A DNA stretch of 64,000 nt from an uncultured Acidobacteriota bacterium (GCA_963779415.1 CAVZYA010000001.1:704001-768000); one strand, 5' to 3'. Shown: positions 21,535 through 31,277, counted from the first letter of the stretch. Numbers and translations are program-made. The notes: generated by a model from the sequence alone, not told the origin.

Positions 21535-22074
21535 GTGAGGCTCGGGGCGCGTTCCCGCTGTGCTCTGCGGATGATGTGGGAGATCAGCCGCCTCGGCGGC
21601 GAGAGCGGCCCCGTGAGCCTTTCTGCCGTGTCTAGGCGGTGCCACATCCCCCGGAACAGCCTCGCTCCGCTGGCGCTCGCTCTGCGGAACCGCGGACTTC
21701 TCGAGGGAGTCCGCGGCAGCCGCGGCGGCTACCGCCTGGGCCGGCCGGTCGGCAAGATCGGCCTCGGAGAGATCATCGAAGCGTCCACCGGTCCCGTCAA
21801 CATCGTCGAATGCGTGGAAGACCCCGCCGCTTGCCTCGGCAGCGACGACTGCAACTGCCGACGGATGTATGCGCTTCTGAACCGCCGCATCAAGGAGGTG
21901 CTGGACAGCGTCACCCTTGGCGACATGCAGGATCCGGCCTGGAATCGGTCCGGAAACGCAACCCGACCGACGGGAGCGGGGGTTGGCACATTCGTTCCTC
22001 CCGACCGGAGCCACCTCAGGAAAGAGTTGAAGACCGGCTCGCTGCGCCTCGCCGCCCATGAGGCCGGGCGTTGA
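21535..22074 (+). CDS. Rrf2-family transcriptional regulator with Cys cluster ligands
   Basis: GTG start; RLGARSRCALR, RGSRGGYRL, ECVEDPAACLGSDDCNC. Confidence 0.85.
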   Translation: MRLGARSRCALRMMWEISRLGGESGPVSLSAVSRRCHIPRNSLAPLALALRNRGLLEGVRGSRGGYRLGRPVGKIGLGEIIEASTGPVNIVECVEDPAACLGSDDCNCRRMYALLNRRIKEVLDSVTLGDMQDPAWNRSGNATRPTGAGVGTFVPPDRSHLRKELKTGSLRLAAHEAGR

Positions 22075-22136
22075 CACCGGCTTTCTAACGAGGATTTCCA
22101 CAGGTTGAGTGCCTTGGTGGGTCAAGTGGAGGCCAG

Positions 22137-22532
22137 ATGAGAGAGCGGAGTGCCGTCGTCATCGACGACGAGCCTGACGTCACCACCTATTTCGCGACCC
22201 TGCTTTCAGACCACGGCTGGCGGGTCCGAACGGCCAACGGGGTCGATGATGGGCTCAAGCTCCTGGCTGCCGAGCGCCCCGACGTCGTTCTTCTGGACCT
22301 GATGATGCCGCAGCGGGGCGGCCTCGCGGCCCTCGTCGCCATCCGCAAGGATCCGTCTCTCGCCGGTCTGCCGGTCGTCATCGTGAGCGGAATCCAGGAG
22401 AAGCTCACGTCCGATTACCATGCGTTCCTCGAGAGAGCCAGGAGTCACCGTCCCGACGCGTACCTCGACAAGCCGGTAAAGCCGGTCGAACTGCTCCGGA
22501 CCCTCGACGCGCTGGTGGCCGCGCCCGTGTGA
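22137..22532 (+). CDS. Stand-alone response regulator receiver
   Basis: VIDDE, LLDLMMP, VSG, LDKP; no output domain. Confidence 0.9.
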   Translation: MRERSAVVIDDEPDVTTYFATLLSDHGWRVRTANGVDDGLKLLAAERPDVVLLDLMMPQRGGLAALVAIRKDPSLAGLPVVIVSGIQEKLTSDYHAFLERARSHRPDAYLDKPVKPVELLRTLDALVAAPV

Positions 22533-22598
22533 GCCGATTCCTCGCAGACTCGCCGCCCCGCCGTCCCGGGGCCGGCGCAAGGGAAGGACGGGGAGCCG

Positions 22599-24104
22599 AT
22601 GCCGATCGTCTTCATCTGTAGCGACCCCTTCGGCGGCGGAGAGAGGCTGGCCCAGAGCCTCGCCGCGAAGCTCGGCTATGCCTACCTGAGCCGCGAGGAC
22701 GTGGTGGCGAAGGCCAACGAGTGCGGGATCCCGGTCGGGAAGCTCGAGGTGGCGATGGTCAAGAAGCCGGCGGTGCGGGAGCGCCTGGCCCGGCTCAAGC
22801 AACGATACCTCGCGGTGGCGACGGACACGATCTGCGAGAAGGCGGCCCAGGGGGATCTCGTCTACTACGGGCGGGCCGGCCATTTTCTCCTTCCGGGCGT
22901 CTCGCACGTCCTCCGCGTCCGGGTGATCCCCGAGCGGACGCAGCGCCTCGACGCCGTCGTCTCGCGGACGAAGCTCTCCCGGGAGAAGGCCGCGTCCTTC
23001 CTCTCCGAGATCGACGAGGACATTCGCGCATGGGTCCACTTCGTCCACGGCGCCGACATGGACGACCTCCGGCGCTACGACTTCGTCGTCAACCTCGAGA
23101 ACATGAGCCTCGAGAACGCCGCCACCGCGCTCTGCGGAATCGCCGATCTGCCCGACTTCCGGCCGACGCCGGTGAGCCGGCGGGCGATGGAGGAGCTCCT
23201 CCTCCAGGCCCGCGCCCGGATCCGGCTCGCTCTCGACGAGCGGACCGCCGAGGCCGACCTGACCGTCCGATCGCACGACGGAGCGGTGACGATCTCCTAC
23301 ATTCCGCAACAGGCCTCTCTCGCGCCGGTGATCCCCGAAGTCCTTCAGGGGCTGCCGGGGTGCCGGGAGATCCGCTGCACGGTCGCCAGCACGAACATCC
23401 TCTGGATACAGGAGGAGTTCCGGCCGGAAGGCGGGGCCCTTCCCCAGATCAGCGAGCTGGCCCGGCGCTGGGGAGCGGCCGTGGAACTGATTCGCTACCG
23501 GCCCGAAGGGGGCGGCGAGGCCTCCCTCCCCCACCCTCCGCCTTCCGCCGGTCCACGGGTGACGTCGGCCGACGGGGGCGTGGAGGACGATGTGGTCGAG
23601 ACGGTCCCACCGGCCGAGCGCGCCTTCCGCGAGACGCTGGAACGGCTCGTCCACGAAGGGCGCTCCGGCGGGGGGCAGACCGTTTCGGGCGGCCCCGACC
23701 GGCTTCTCGCCGCGGTTCATCCCGACATCAACTACAGCCTCGTCGTACTCGGCGAGGTCTTCCTCGACAAGCCGTCGGCGGCCCGGACCCGAATGGGACG
23801 CGATCTGGCCAACTTCCTCGCCGGCAAGCTGAAGTCGCCGGTCATCGGAATCGCCGAACTCTCCGCGAAGCTCCGTATGGGAGCCGGCCAGATCGCCAGG
23901 GTCGCCGCCGCGCTCGTGGCCGTCGCCGTCATCTACGTCCTCGTATTTCAGAACCAGGGGCCGCTCCTCGATCAGCTCGGCGGCGCCTCCCACAAGGCGC
24001 GGCCGTGGGTGGCTCCGCTCATCGTCGCCGTGATCGCGCCGATCGTCGCCGGCCTCTATGGCCTCGTGGCCTCGGCGCTTCTGAAGCTGATCCGGCTGGA
24101 GTAG
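22599..24104 (+). CDS. Cytidylate-kinase-like protein with BON-like and further domain and two C-terminal TM helices
   Basis: GGERLAQSLAAKLGY, LVYYGRAGHFLLPGVSHVLRVRV, YDFVVNLE; degenerate P-loop; hydrophobic C-terminus. Confidence 0.75.
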   Translation: MPIVFICSDPFGGGERLAQSLAAKLGYAYLSREDVVAKANECGIPVGKLEVAMVKKPAVRERLARLKQRYLAVATDTICEKAAQGDLVYYGRAGHFLLPGVSHVLRVRVIPERTQRLDAVVSRTKLSREKAASFLSEIDEDIRAWVHFVHGADMDDLRRYDFVVNLENMSLENAATALCGIADLPDFRPTPVSRRAMEELLLQARARIRLALDERTAEADLTVRSHDGAVTISYIPQQASLAPVIPEVLQGLPGCREIRCTVASTNILWIQEEFRPEGGALPQISELARRWGAAVELIRYRPEGGGEASLPHPPPSAGPRVTSADGGVEDDVVETVPPAERAFRETLERLVHEGRSGGGQTVSGGPDRLLAAVHPDINYSLVVLGEVFLDKPSAARTRMGRDLANFLAGKLKSPVIGIAELSAKLRMGAGQIARVAAALVAVAVIYVLVFQNQGPLLDQLGGASHKARPWVAPLIVAVIAPIVAGLYGLVASALLKLIRLE

Positions 24105-24151
24105 GCTTATGTGCGCCCTCTTCTGCTCCGCGCCCCTGAAGGAGAGCTGAA

Positions 24152-25243
24152 ATGCCCCCAGTCTTCGGCGATGTCTTCGTGCCGATCACCTGGACGACCG
24201 CGTTTCTCGTCGTCCTGCTCGGCTTCATCGGCGGCGTCCTCTCCGGTTTCATCGGCAGCGGCGGCGCGTTCTTCATGACGCCGGGGATGATGAATCTCGG
24301 GGTCTCCGGCGTCGTCGCGGTGGGAAGCAACATCACGCACAAGTTCGGCAAGGCGCTCGTCGGAGCCCGGAAACACGCCCAGATGGGCAATGTCGACAAG
24401 CGGCTTGCGATGTACCTGCTCGTCACGGCGCTGATCGGAATCCGGCTGGCCGTCTGGATCAACAGCCTTCTGATCGAGAAGGGCGACAGCCACGGCGCCG
24501 GCAAGAGCGCTGCCGGGGATCTGTACATCAGCGCGGTCTTCATCGGAGTCCTGACCTTCGTCGCGATCTCGATGCTCCGCGACGCGCTCCGGCCGGCCTC
24601 GGAAGGGCAGGGGCCGTCGCGCGCCATCACGGATTTCCTCAGCCGCTTCAACCTGAAACCGATGGTCAAGTTCCCGGTCTCGGACGTGGAGCTGTCGCTC
24701 TGGGTCCTGCTCCCCGTCGGTCTCGCCACCGGCTATCTGGCCGGGACCATCGGGGTGGGCGGATTCGTCGGCGTGCCGGCGATGATCTACGTCTTCGGAA
24801 TCCCGACCGCGGTGGCCGCGGGGACGGAGCTCTACCTCGCGATCTTCATGGGCGCGTTCGGGGCGCTCAGTTACGCGTTCGAGGGGTACGTCGACCTGCG
24901 GCTGACCTGCCTCCTCTTCCTCGGCTCCCTGGTGGGCGTCTACATCGGCGTCTACGGCGTGAAGGTGGTGAGCGAAAGGCTCATCCGCCTCTCGACGGGG
25001 TACATCATCCTGTTCTGTGTCGTCTCGCGCGCGATCGCCGTCCCCGTCTATCTCCGGCAGCTCGGATGGGTCCGGCTCGATCCTGCCTGGGACCTCTGGT
25101 TCAACCGCGGCAGCACGGTCATGCTCTTCGCCGCCGGAATCGGCGGAGCCGGAATGATTCTCTTCCAGGTGGCCAAGGCCCACATCGAGCGGCAGCGGAT
25201 CCACACGACGCTGCTCGTCAGCCCGCCGGCGGTCGAGGGCTAG
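24152..25243 (+). CDS. TauE/SafE-family (sulfite exporter-like) membrane protein
   Basis: GFIGGVLSGFIGSGGAF, GYLAGTIGVGGFVGVPAMIY, AAGTEL; multiple TM. Confidence 0.88.
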   Translation: MPPVFGDVFVPITWTTAFLVVLLGFIGGVLSGFIGSGGAFFMTPGMMNLGVSGVVAVGSNITHKFGKALVGARKHAQMGNVDKRLAMYLLVTALIGIRLAVWINSLLIEKGDSHGAGKSAAGDLYISAVFIGVLTFVAISMLRDALRPASEGQGPSRAITDFLSRFNLKPMVKFPVSDVELSLWVLLPVGLATGYLAGTIGVGGFVGVPAMIYVFGIPTAVAAGTELYLAIFMGAFGALSYAFEGYVDLRLTCLLFLGSLVGVYIGVYGVKVVSERLIRLSTGYIILFCVVSRAIAVPVYLRQLGWVRLDPAWDLWFNRGSTVMLFAAGIGGAGMILFQVAKAHIERQRIHTTLLVSPPAVEG

Positions 25244-25252
25244 GAGGAGCGG

Positions 25253-25666
25253 ATGGAAGAACGACTCCAGGTTCTCGTCCTGGACGACGAGCCGATCGTC
25301 GGGAAGCGGCTGCAGCCGGCGCTCGCCAAGGTCGGCTGCGACGTCGAGGTGTTCGACGCTCCCCGGCCGGCGCTGGAGAGGATCGGGGAGAAGCGGTTCG
25401 ACGTCGTGGTGACGGACATCCGGATGGAGGAGATCGACGGCATCGAGGTCCTCGAGAAGGTCCTCGCGCGCTGGCCGGAGACCCGCGTCATCATGATCAC
25501 CGGCTACGCGACGGTCGAGGTCGCGCGCGAGGCGATGGCGAAGGGGGCCTTCGACTTCATTGCCAAGCCCTTCAAGCCGCAGGAGCTTCGCGACGTCATC
25601 GCCAAGGCGGCCGAAGCGCTCGGATTCCCCGGCATCGCCCGGGCCGTCGTGACGGATTCCCCGTAA
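25253..25666 (+). CDS. Stand-alone receiver protein (NtrC-like REC)
   Basis: VLDDEPIVG, VVTDIRM, ITGYAT, KGAFDFIAKPF. Confidence 0.9.
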   Translation: MEERLQVLVLDDEPIVGKRLQPALAKVGCDVEVFDAPRPALERIGEKRFDVVVTDIRMEEIDGIEVLEKVLARWPETRVIMITGYATVEVAREAMAKGAFDFIAKPFKPQELRDVIAKAAEALGFPGIARAVVTDSP

Positions 25667-25676
25667 GGAGGCTGCC

Positions 25677-27241
25677 GTGCCGGAGGAGACGGGAGGCGGA
25701 GCGGCGGCGGCCCCCGACGTGTCCGGCGTCGAGAGGTCCTTCCTCGGGCGGCCGAGCTTCGGCATCCGGGCCCGCCTGATCCTCAGTTTTCTCTCCTTCG
25801 TCGTCTTTGCGGTCGCGGTCACCATCGGGGCCTGGATCCTGCTCGGACGCCTCGAGAGGCGCCTCCGCTTCCTGGAGGCGGGGGACCGGTACACGATGGA
25901 GATCCAGCAGACGAGGCGGTTCGAGAAGAACTACTTTCTGTACGGCACGAACCTCTCGGACGTGCAGGACCACCTCGGGGAGCGCGCGGCGACTTCTCAC
26001 GGCCGCCGAGCCGGACGCCACGCGAGTTCTGACCGAGGACCGAGCTCACGCGCATGCGGGCCCACCTGGACCGCTACGAGTCGCTGATCGCCCGCCTTCT
26101 CTCCTTTCAGAGCGAAAAGGTCTCCGCGGACCCGGTGGAAAAGACGGCCATCGAGACGGAGCTCCGGGACCACGGCTCGCAGATGGTCGCTTTCGCCCTT
26201 GAGCTGGCCGACAAGGAGCGGAGCAGCGTCAACGCCACGCTCGAGCTATTCAAGCTTCTTCCCGTGGTCTTCCTCGCGTTCCTGCTCGTCTTCTCTGTCT
26301 TCGTGGCCAATTTCCTCGCCCGCCAGATCGTCGGGCCGCTCTCCCGGCTCGGGGCCACCACGCAGCGGATCGCCGGCGGGGACTTCACGCCCCTCACGCC
26401 CCGTCGCTGGTACCGCGACGAGTTCTCCAACTTCGCCCTCGCCCTCAATACGATGATGCGCGAGCTGGCCCACCGCCAGGAGGTGCTCGTGCAGTCGCAC
26501 AAGCTTTCCGCCATCGGGACGCTGACTTCCGGTGTGGCGCACGAGCTGAACAACCCGATCAACAACATCATGCTGACGGCCGAGTTGCTGAAGGAGGACT
26601 ACCCGACGCTCGGCGACGGCGAGCGGCTGGACATGGTCAACGACCTCGTGGAGCAGGCCGGGCGGGCGCGGAAGATCGTCCGCAACCTGCTCGACTTCGC
26701 CCGGGAGAGCGAGATCAAGACCGAGAAGCTGGACCTGGCCGAGGTGCTCCGGGGGGCGACCGGCCTCGCGTCAAACCAGATCCGCCTCTCCGGAGCACGG
26801 ATCACCCTCGACATGGCCCCCAACCTCCCCGCCATCCACGGCGATGGACCGTCTCTCGTTCAGGTCTTCGTCAACCTGCTGCTGAATGCCGTCGACGCCG
26901 TGGGGAAGGGGGGCCGGGTCCGGATCGCGGCCGAGAGCAAACACGACCCGGGCTGGATTCGGGTGACGGTGACCGACGACGGGCACGGCATTCCGGCCCA
27001 CGCCCTCCCCTACGTTTTCGACCCGTTCTTCACGACCAAGCCGAGAGGGAAGGGAACGGGGCTCGGCCTCTCGGTGAGCCTCGGCATCGTGCGCCAGCAC
27101 GGCGGCGACATTCGCGTCGAGAGCGAGCCGGGAAAGGGAACCACGGTGACCGTTCTTCTGCCCGCGGCGATGATCCCGGGGCTCCCCGAAGGCGAATCGC
27201 TCGCCGCTACGCCCGTTTCGAGGACTTCGTCACCAGCTTGA
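25677..27241 (+). CDS. HAMP sensor histidine kinase; two frameshifts at about 25980 and 26040
   Basis: TM-periplasmic (RRFEKNYFLYG)-TM-HAMP; [38 protein letters not shown]. Confidence 0.88.
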
Positions 27242-27581
27242 CGATGTCCTGGATCTTGAATGGCTTGGGGACGAATTGAAAGGCCCCGAGCGCGTCGGCC
27301 TCGTGGCTGGTCTCGATAGTGGCGTAGCCGGTGATCACGATGACCTGCGTTCCGGGAGCGTTCTCCTTTACGAAGCGGAGGACGTCCATTCCGCTCGGTC
27401 CCCGCATCTTCACGTCCGTCACGAGGACGGCGAACGTCTTCTCCTTCAGCCTCTCGAGGGCCGCGCTCGAATCGGTGAAGACCTCGACGTTGAAGCCGTC
27501 CTTCTCGAGAGCCGGCCGAAGGCGGTCTCCGACGATCGGTTCGTCGTCCAGGACCATGACATCCTTTTTTTCAGCCATCAT
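27207..27581 (-). CDS. Stand-alone receiver protein, paralog of 25253-25666
   Basis: VLDDEPIVGDRL, LVTDVKM, ITGYAT, GAFQFVPKPF. Confidence 0.9.
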   Translation of the reverse strand: MMAEKKDVMVLDDEPIVGDRLRPALEKDGFNVEVFTDSSAALERLKEKTFAVLVTDVKMRGPSGMDVLRFVKENAPGTQVIVITGYATIETSHEADALGAFQFVPKPFKIQDIVKLVTKSSKRA

Positions 27582-29152
27582 TTCCTCTCCGCGTCCGAAT
27601 CCGGATTATCGCTCTCCGCCCGGGGCAGACATACGTGAATGACGGTCCCCTTGCCGGGCGCGCTCGTGACCTGGATGTCGCCCCCGAATTTCCGGACGAT
27701 GCCGAGGCTGACCGAGAGGCCGAGGCCCGTCCCCTTCCCGGGCTCCTTGGTCGTGAAGAAGGGATCGAAGATGCGGGGGATGGCTTCGGCGGGGATGCCG
27801 ACTCCCTCGTCCCGGACCTCCACGCAGACCTTTCCCTCTTCCCGGCATCCCGCGCTCACATGAAGCCGGCCGCCCCCCGGCATCGCCTGAATGGCGTTCA
27901 GGAACAGGTTCAGAAAAACCTGCCGAAGCTGGTTCATCGCTCCCTTCACGCGGGGAAGGTCGGGAAGGAGATCGGACGAGAAGGCGACGTTGTTGATCAC
28001 CATTTCGTTCTGTGCGAGGCGGACCGTCGACGCGATCACGTCGGCAAGATCGAGGGAGACCATCTCCGGCTTCTCCTGGCGGGTGAAGTCGAGGAGGCTC
28101 TTGACGATTTCGCCGGCCCGCTCCGTCTCGAAGTAGATGTCCGAAAGGAGACGCCATTTCTCCTCGTCGCCGAGCCGCGGCAGGTCCTCCATGAGCGCCT
28201 CGGTCGTGATGGCGATGTTGTTCAGGGGGTTGTTCAGCTCGTGGGCGATCCCCGAGGTGAGGGTCCCCACGGCCGCCAGCTTGGCCGCCTTCACGCCGCG
28301 GTCCTGCTGCGCCCGGAGCTCCGCCAGCATCTCGTTGACGGCGAGGGCGAGGTTCGTGAACTCGTCGCGGTACGTTCGGGCCGGCGAGATGAGCGAGAAG
28401 TCGCCGGCGGCGATCCGGCTCGTGTAGCCGCGGAACCTCCGGATGGGAACGTCGAGCGCCCGGGCGATCGAGTAGATGATGGCGCCGAAGAGGGCCACGA
28501 GCAGGCCGATCAGGACCGGAGGGGCGATCCGGGCCACCTCGAGCGTTCGCATCGCGGAGGAGCGCTCCTCGGCAATGAGGGCATCGAGGAGCCGGCCGAC
28601 CTCCATCTCCTTCTCCCGGACGATCTTCCCGCGCGGCGAAACGAGACCCGGGCCTTCGGCATTTCTCTCCATGAGCGCCTGATTGGCCTCGAGGAGGCTC
28701 CGGTAGGTCTCGAGACGGTCGAGAAGCCTGCGGTAGAGCGGCGCTTCGGCGTCCGGAACGGCGCGTGAGGCATCCCGGAGGAGCGCCGCGGCGGCGCCGA
28801 CGTCCCGAAGGATCTGACGCCCCTGGCTCGCCGTGAGAGCCCCCTCGCTCTCCAGCGCCCGGGCCCTGAGAATGCCAGCGCTCAGCTCCTCGGTCGCTTC
28901 CAGAAGGGCGAGCTTGGCCCGGACCTTGCCGAGCATCCCGCCGACGGCGATCGAGAAGGCGCAGCAGAGTCCGAGGCAGAGCGCGAGCCGCGTGACGAGG
29001 CGCAGCCGGATGCTGACGTGGGGGCGGGCGAGGAGTGCGTGCTGCGCCTCCCGAAGCTGGCCTGCGAGCTCCGCTCCCAGCCTGTCCGGACGCAGCCCGG
29101 TCTCCCGATCGGCCCGCGTCGTCCCGCCGGCGGTGGGGGCGGCCCCCGTCAC
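27578..29152 (-). CDS. HAMP sensor histidine kinase, paralog of 25677-27241; start approximate
   Basis: C-terminal part of the long ORF 27578..31093: TM, RIAAGDF...[28 protein letters not shown]. Confidence 0.88.
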   Translation of the reverse strand: MTGAAPTAGGTTRADRETGLRPDRLGAELAGQLREAQHALLARPHVSIRLRLVTRLALCLGLCCAFSIAVGGMLGKVRAKLALLEATEELSAGILRARALESEGALTASQGRQILRDVGAAAALLRDASRAVPDAEAPLYRRLLDRLETYRSLLEANQALMERNAEGPGLVSPRGKIVREKEMEVGRLLDALIAEERSSAMRTLEVARIAPPVLIGLLVALFGAIIYSIARALDVPIRRFRGYTSRIAAGDFSLISPARTYRDEFTNLALAVNEMLAELRAQQDRGVKAAKLAAVGTLTSGIAHELNNPLNNIAITTEALMEDLPRLGDEEKWRLLSDIYFETERAGEIVKSLLDFTRQEKPEMVSLDLADVIASTVRLAQNEMVINNVAFSSDLLPDLPRVKGAMNQLRQVFLNLFLNAIQAMPGGGRLHVSAGCREEGKVCVEVRDEGVGIPAEAIPRIFDPFFTTKEPGKGTGLGLSVSLGIVRKFGGDIQVTSAPGKGTVIHVCLPRAESDNPDSDAERK

Positions 29153-29163
29153 GGGAATGTCGA

Positions 29164-30051
29164 TCAGCCCGCCTCCAGGTCCGTCAACCCCTTGTCGGTC
29201 CGGATGAGGGTGCCGAGCTTCTGAACCTGCCGGTGACTCTTGAGATAGCCGGAAGCTCCTACGATGACGAGGCCGAGGCTGAAGAGAACGAGAGCCCCGT
29301 CGAAAAGGCTCCACCACGAGACTCCGAAGGCCCGGAAGAGGACGATTCCGAAGGTGAGCAGGGCGAGACCGGTCCGGAGCAGCGCGAGATAGGTCCTCTC
29401 CCGGGCCATCTCGGTCCTCTGAAAGGAGAGCCGGGTGCGCGACGCCGCGCGGATGGTCCGGGTCGTCGCGAGCACGTTCCGCTCGCCGGCGAGGTCCGTC
29501 CGCCGGACGGAGTAGCCGGTGCGCTCCTCGGCGAGCCGGTTCCGGTCCCGTGCGAGGTCGGTGCGCGTGGAGGAAAGCACCGTCCGCTCGTTCGCCAGAC
29601 CGGTGCGCTGCCTCGCAAGCCCCGTCCGGTCTTCTGCGAGAAGCGTTCGCGACTGCGCCAGGCCGGTGCGTCCTTCGGCCAGCGACGTGCGGCGGCGAGC
29701 CATCTCGGTCCGGGCCACCGCCAGGTCGGTTCGTTCTCCGGCAAGGGAAGTCCGTTCGCGACCGAGCTCGGTCCGGATATTGGCGAGTTCGGTGCTTCGG
29801 GTGGAGAGGCGCGTCTGCTCGCGGGTCAGCGCGGTCCGCTCCTGGGCCATGGCGGTCTGTCGTTCCGTCAGGCCGGTCGTGCTGGAGGTGAAGCCCAGAA
29901 GGTGGTCTCCGGTCTCGCTCGAATGCCGGAGCAATTCGTTTCGGGCGGCGGCCAGATTGACCAGCGACTCCTCGGCCTCGGCGGCTCGCGCGAGGAAATC
30001 CCGGATCGCTTCGAGGTAGACGCGGCGGCTGGAGTCGTCTGTCGTGGGCAT
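29164..30051 (-). CDS. DUF202/YidH-like membrane protein with about 25 tandem RTxLAxE heptads
   Basis: MARERTYLALLRTGLALLTFG plus 2 TM at C-terminus, preceded by a continuous 7-residue repeat. Confidence 0.8.
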   Translation of the reverse strand: MPTTDDSSRRVYLEAIRDFLARAAEAEESLVNLAAARNELLRHSSETGDHLLGFTSSTTGLTERQTAMAQERTALTREQTRLSTRSTELANIRTELGRERTSLAGERTDLAVARTEMARRRTSLAEGRTGLAQSRTLLAEDRTGLARQRTGLANERTVLSSTRTDLARDRNRLAEERTGYSVRRTDLAGERNVLATTRTIRAASRTRLSFQRTEMARERTYLALLRTGLALLTFGIVLFRAFGVSWWSLFDGALVLFSLGLVIVGASGYLKSHRQVQKLGTLIRTDKGLTDLEAG

Positions 30052-30084
30052 GGATGAACTCCCGGCGGACGTTGGCGCTCGATG

Positions 30085-30897
30085 TCAACCGTCGAAACTC
30101 GACGCACATCCGGGCTGGTACTCGACGGCCTCGACGCCCTCGACCGCCCGCACGACGTCGAGAACGTCGGAGAGCTGGTGATCTTCCAAGAACGGCCCTT
30201 CGAGCAGGACGTTCCGCTCCCGGGTTCGCGCGGCAATCTCCCAGGCGAGCGTCCGGGGATCGCTCACCAGCGCGGCCTCGACGCTGACCGAGAGGAAAAG
30301 CTCCTGGAAGGCCTTCGCGGTCTCGGGTGTCGGCTGGAAGTCCTTCTCCCCGAGGCCCGCCGCGATAGACACGCAGGCGGTCTCCACCGACATTCTCTCG
30401 AGCGAGACGCAAATGTCGTAGAGATTGGGATCCCGGATATCCCGCCCGTACATGAAGCGTCCCCAGCGGACCCGCTCCTCGTCTTCCCGGAGGACGGCTT
30501 CCCGCGCCTCGCCCTCGGGGAGTCCGAGCCGCCGGATCGCGTTCCGGACCCGAAGTGTCATCGGGGCGTTCGCCCGGACACGCATGCAGCACGGCACGGC
30601 TGGCACGAGCAGGTGGCTCGCATACCCGGCATAGACGACATTTCTCTCGGCGATGAACCCGAGCAGGGCCCGCCGCATCAGGACGAGATAGGGGCGGCGG
30701 AGCTGGCCGAACTGGTCGTACGCGCGGGTGGCGTGGTCCAGGCTCGCCCGGACCTTCTTCGCATGCTCCCCCTGGGCATCGACAACCTCGATGAGATCCT
30801 CGCGACAGACGTAGCGGAGGGAGAGACGCTCTGCGAGGCAGCGAGCCAACGCCTCCCCGCCCGACATCGTGCCGCGAGATATGAGGACGACAGACAA
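30085..30897 (-). CDS. Cytidylate-kinase-like protein with C-terminal BON-like domain
   Basis: TTG 30897 with GGGGGA RBS; ISRGTMSGGEALA, NVVYAGYASHLL, RVRANAP, YDICVSLE, VRAVEGVEAV. Confidence 0.8.
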   Translation of the reverse strand: MSVVLISRGTMSGGEALARCLAERLSLRYVCREDLIEVVDAQGEHAKKVRASLDHATRAYDQFGQLRRPYLVLMRRALLGFIAERNVVYAGYASHLLVPAVPCCMRVRANAPMTLRVRNAIRRLGLPEGEAREAVLREDEERVRWGRFMYGRDIRDPNLYDICVSLERMSVETACVSIAAGLGEKDFQPTPETAKAFQELFLSVSVEAALVSDPRTLAWEIAARTRERNVLLEGPFLEDHQLSDVLDVVRAVEGVEAVEYQPGCASSFDG

Positions 30898-30925
30898 ACT
30901 TCCCCCAGAAACCCGCGGACGGAAA

Positions 30926-30941
30926 AGCAAGGTCGCTGCCA
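30926..30941 (-). promoter_or_regulatory. Putative sigma-54 promoter
   Basis: Minus strand TGGCAGCGACCTTGCT (GG-N10-GC), 29 bp upstream of the TTG start. Confidence 0.75.
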
Positions 30942-31015
30942 ACGGCGGCGAGCGTCGGAACGCATTCCAGCGAGCGGCTCTCCCGGCGGAAGGAAAACCG
31001 ACGGCGCGGCGATCT

Positions 31016-31052
31016 CCGTAACGAGGGTCGAGGGCTGTAACCCCGAGGTAAC
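31016..31052. promoter_or_regulatory. GTAAC repeats; candidate activator site
   Basis: CCGTAACGAGG (identical to 8819-8829) and GTAAC-N6-GTAAC at 31037/31048. Confidence 0.55.
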
Positions 31053-31277
31053 GGCCCTCGCGCATTCCGCAACCGGGACTGCCCAACCTCCACGCAGCGG
31101 CACGCCCTCGACTACCTCAACCTGAACGCCCGGCTCGCGTATCACTCTGCCATGGTGGATGCCTTCGTCTCCCCCGTTCCGGAGAACAACTTCGAGAACT
31201 TCCGCTACGCCGCCTTCTCCCAGGGATTCCGGAGGCGGCCGCGACTCTTTCCGTTCGCGTGGTAGCCTGAGCTGGCG

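Noticed and set aside
22071-22100. TTGACA as sigma-70 -35 box
   Set aside because: No plausible -10 at 16-18 bp spacing; it overlaps the Rrf2 stop codon.
29380-29900. 21-bp periodic DNA as CRISPR or non-coding repeat
   Set aside because: Periodicity is explained by the protein heptad repeat; there are no identical repeats with unique spacers.
27578-31093. 1171-aa giant histidine kinase
   Set aside because: Only the last roughly 525 aa look like a kinase. The upstream part is Arg/Pro-rich read-through overlapping two better genes in another frame.
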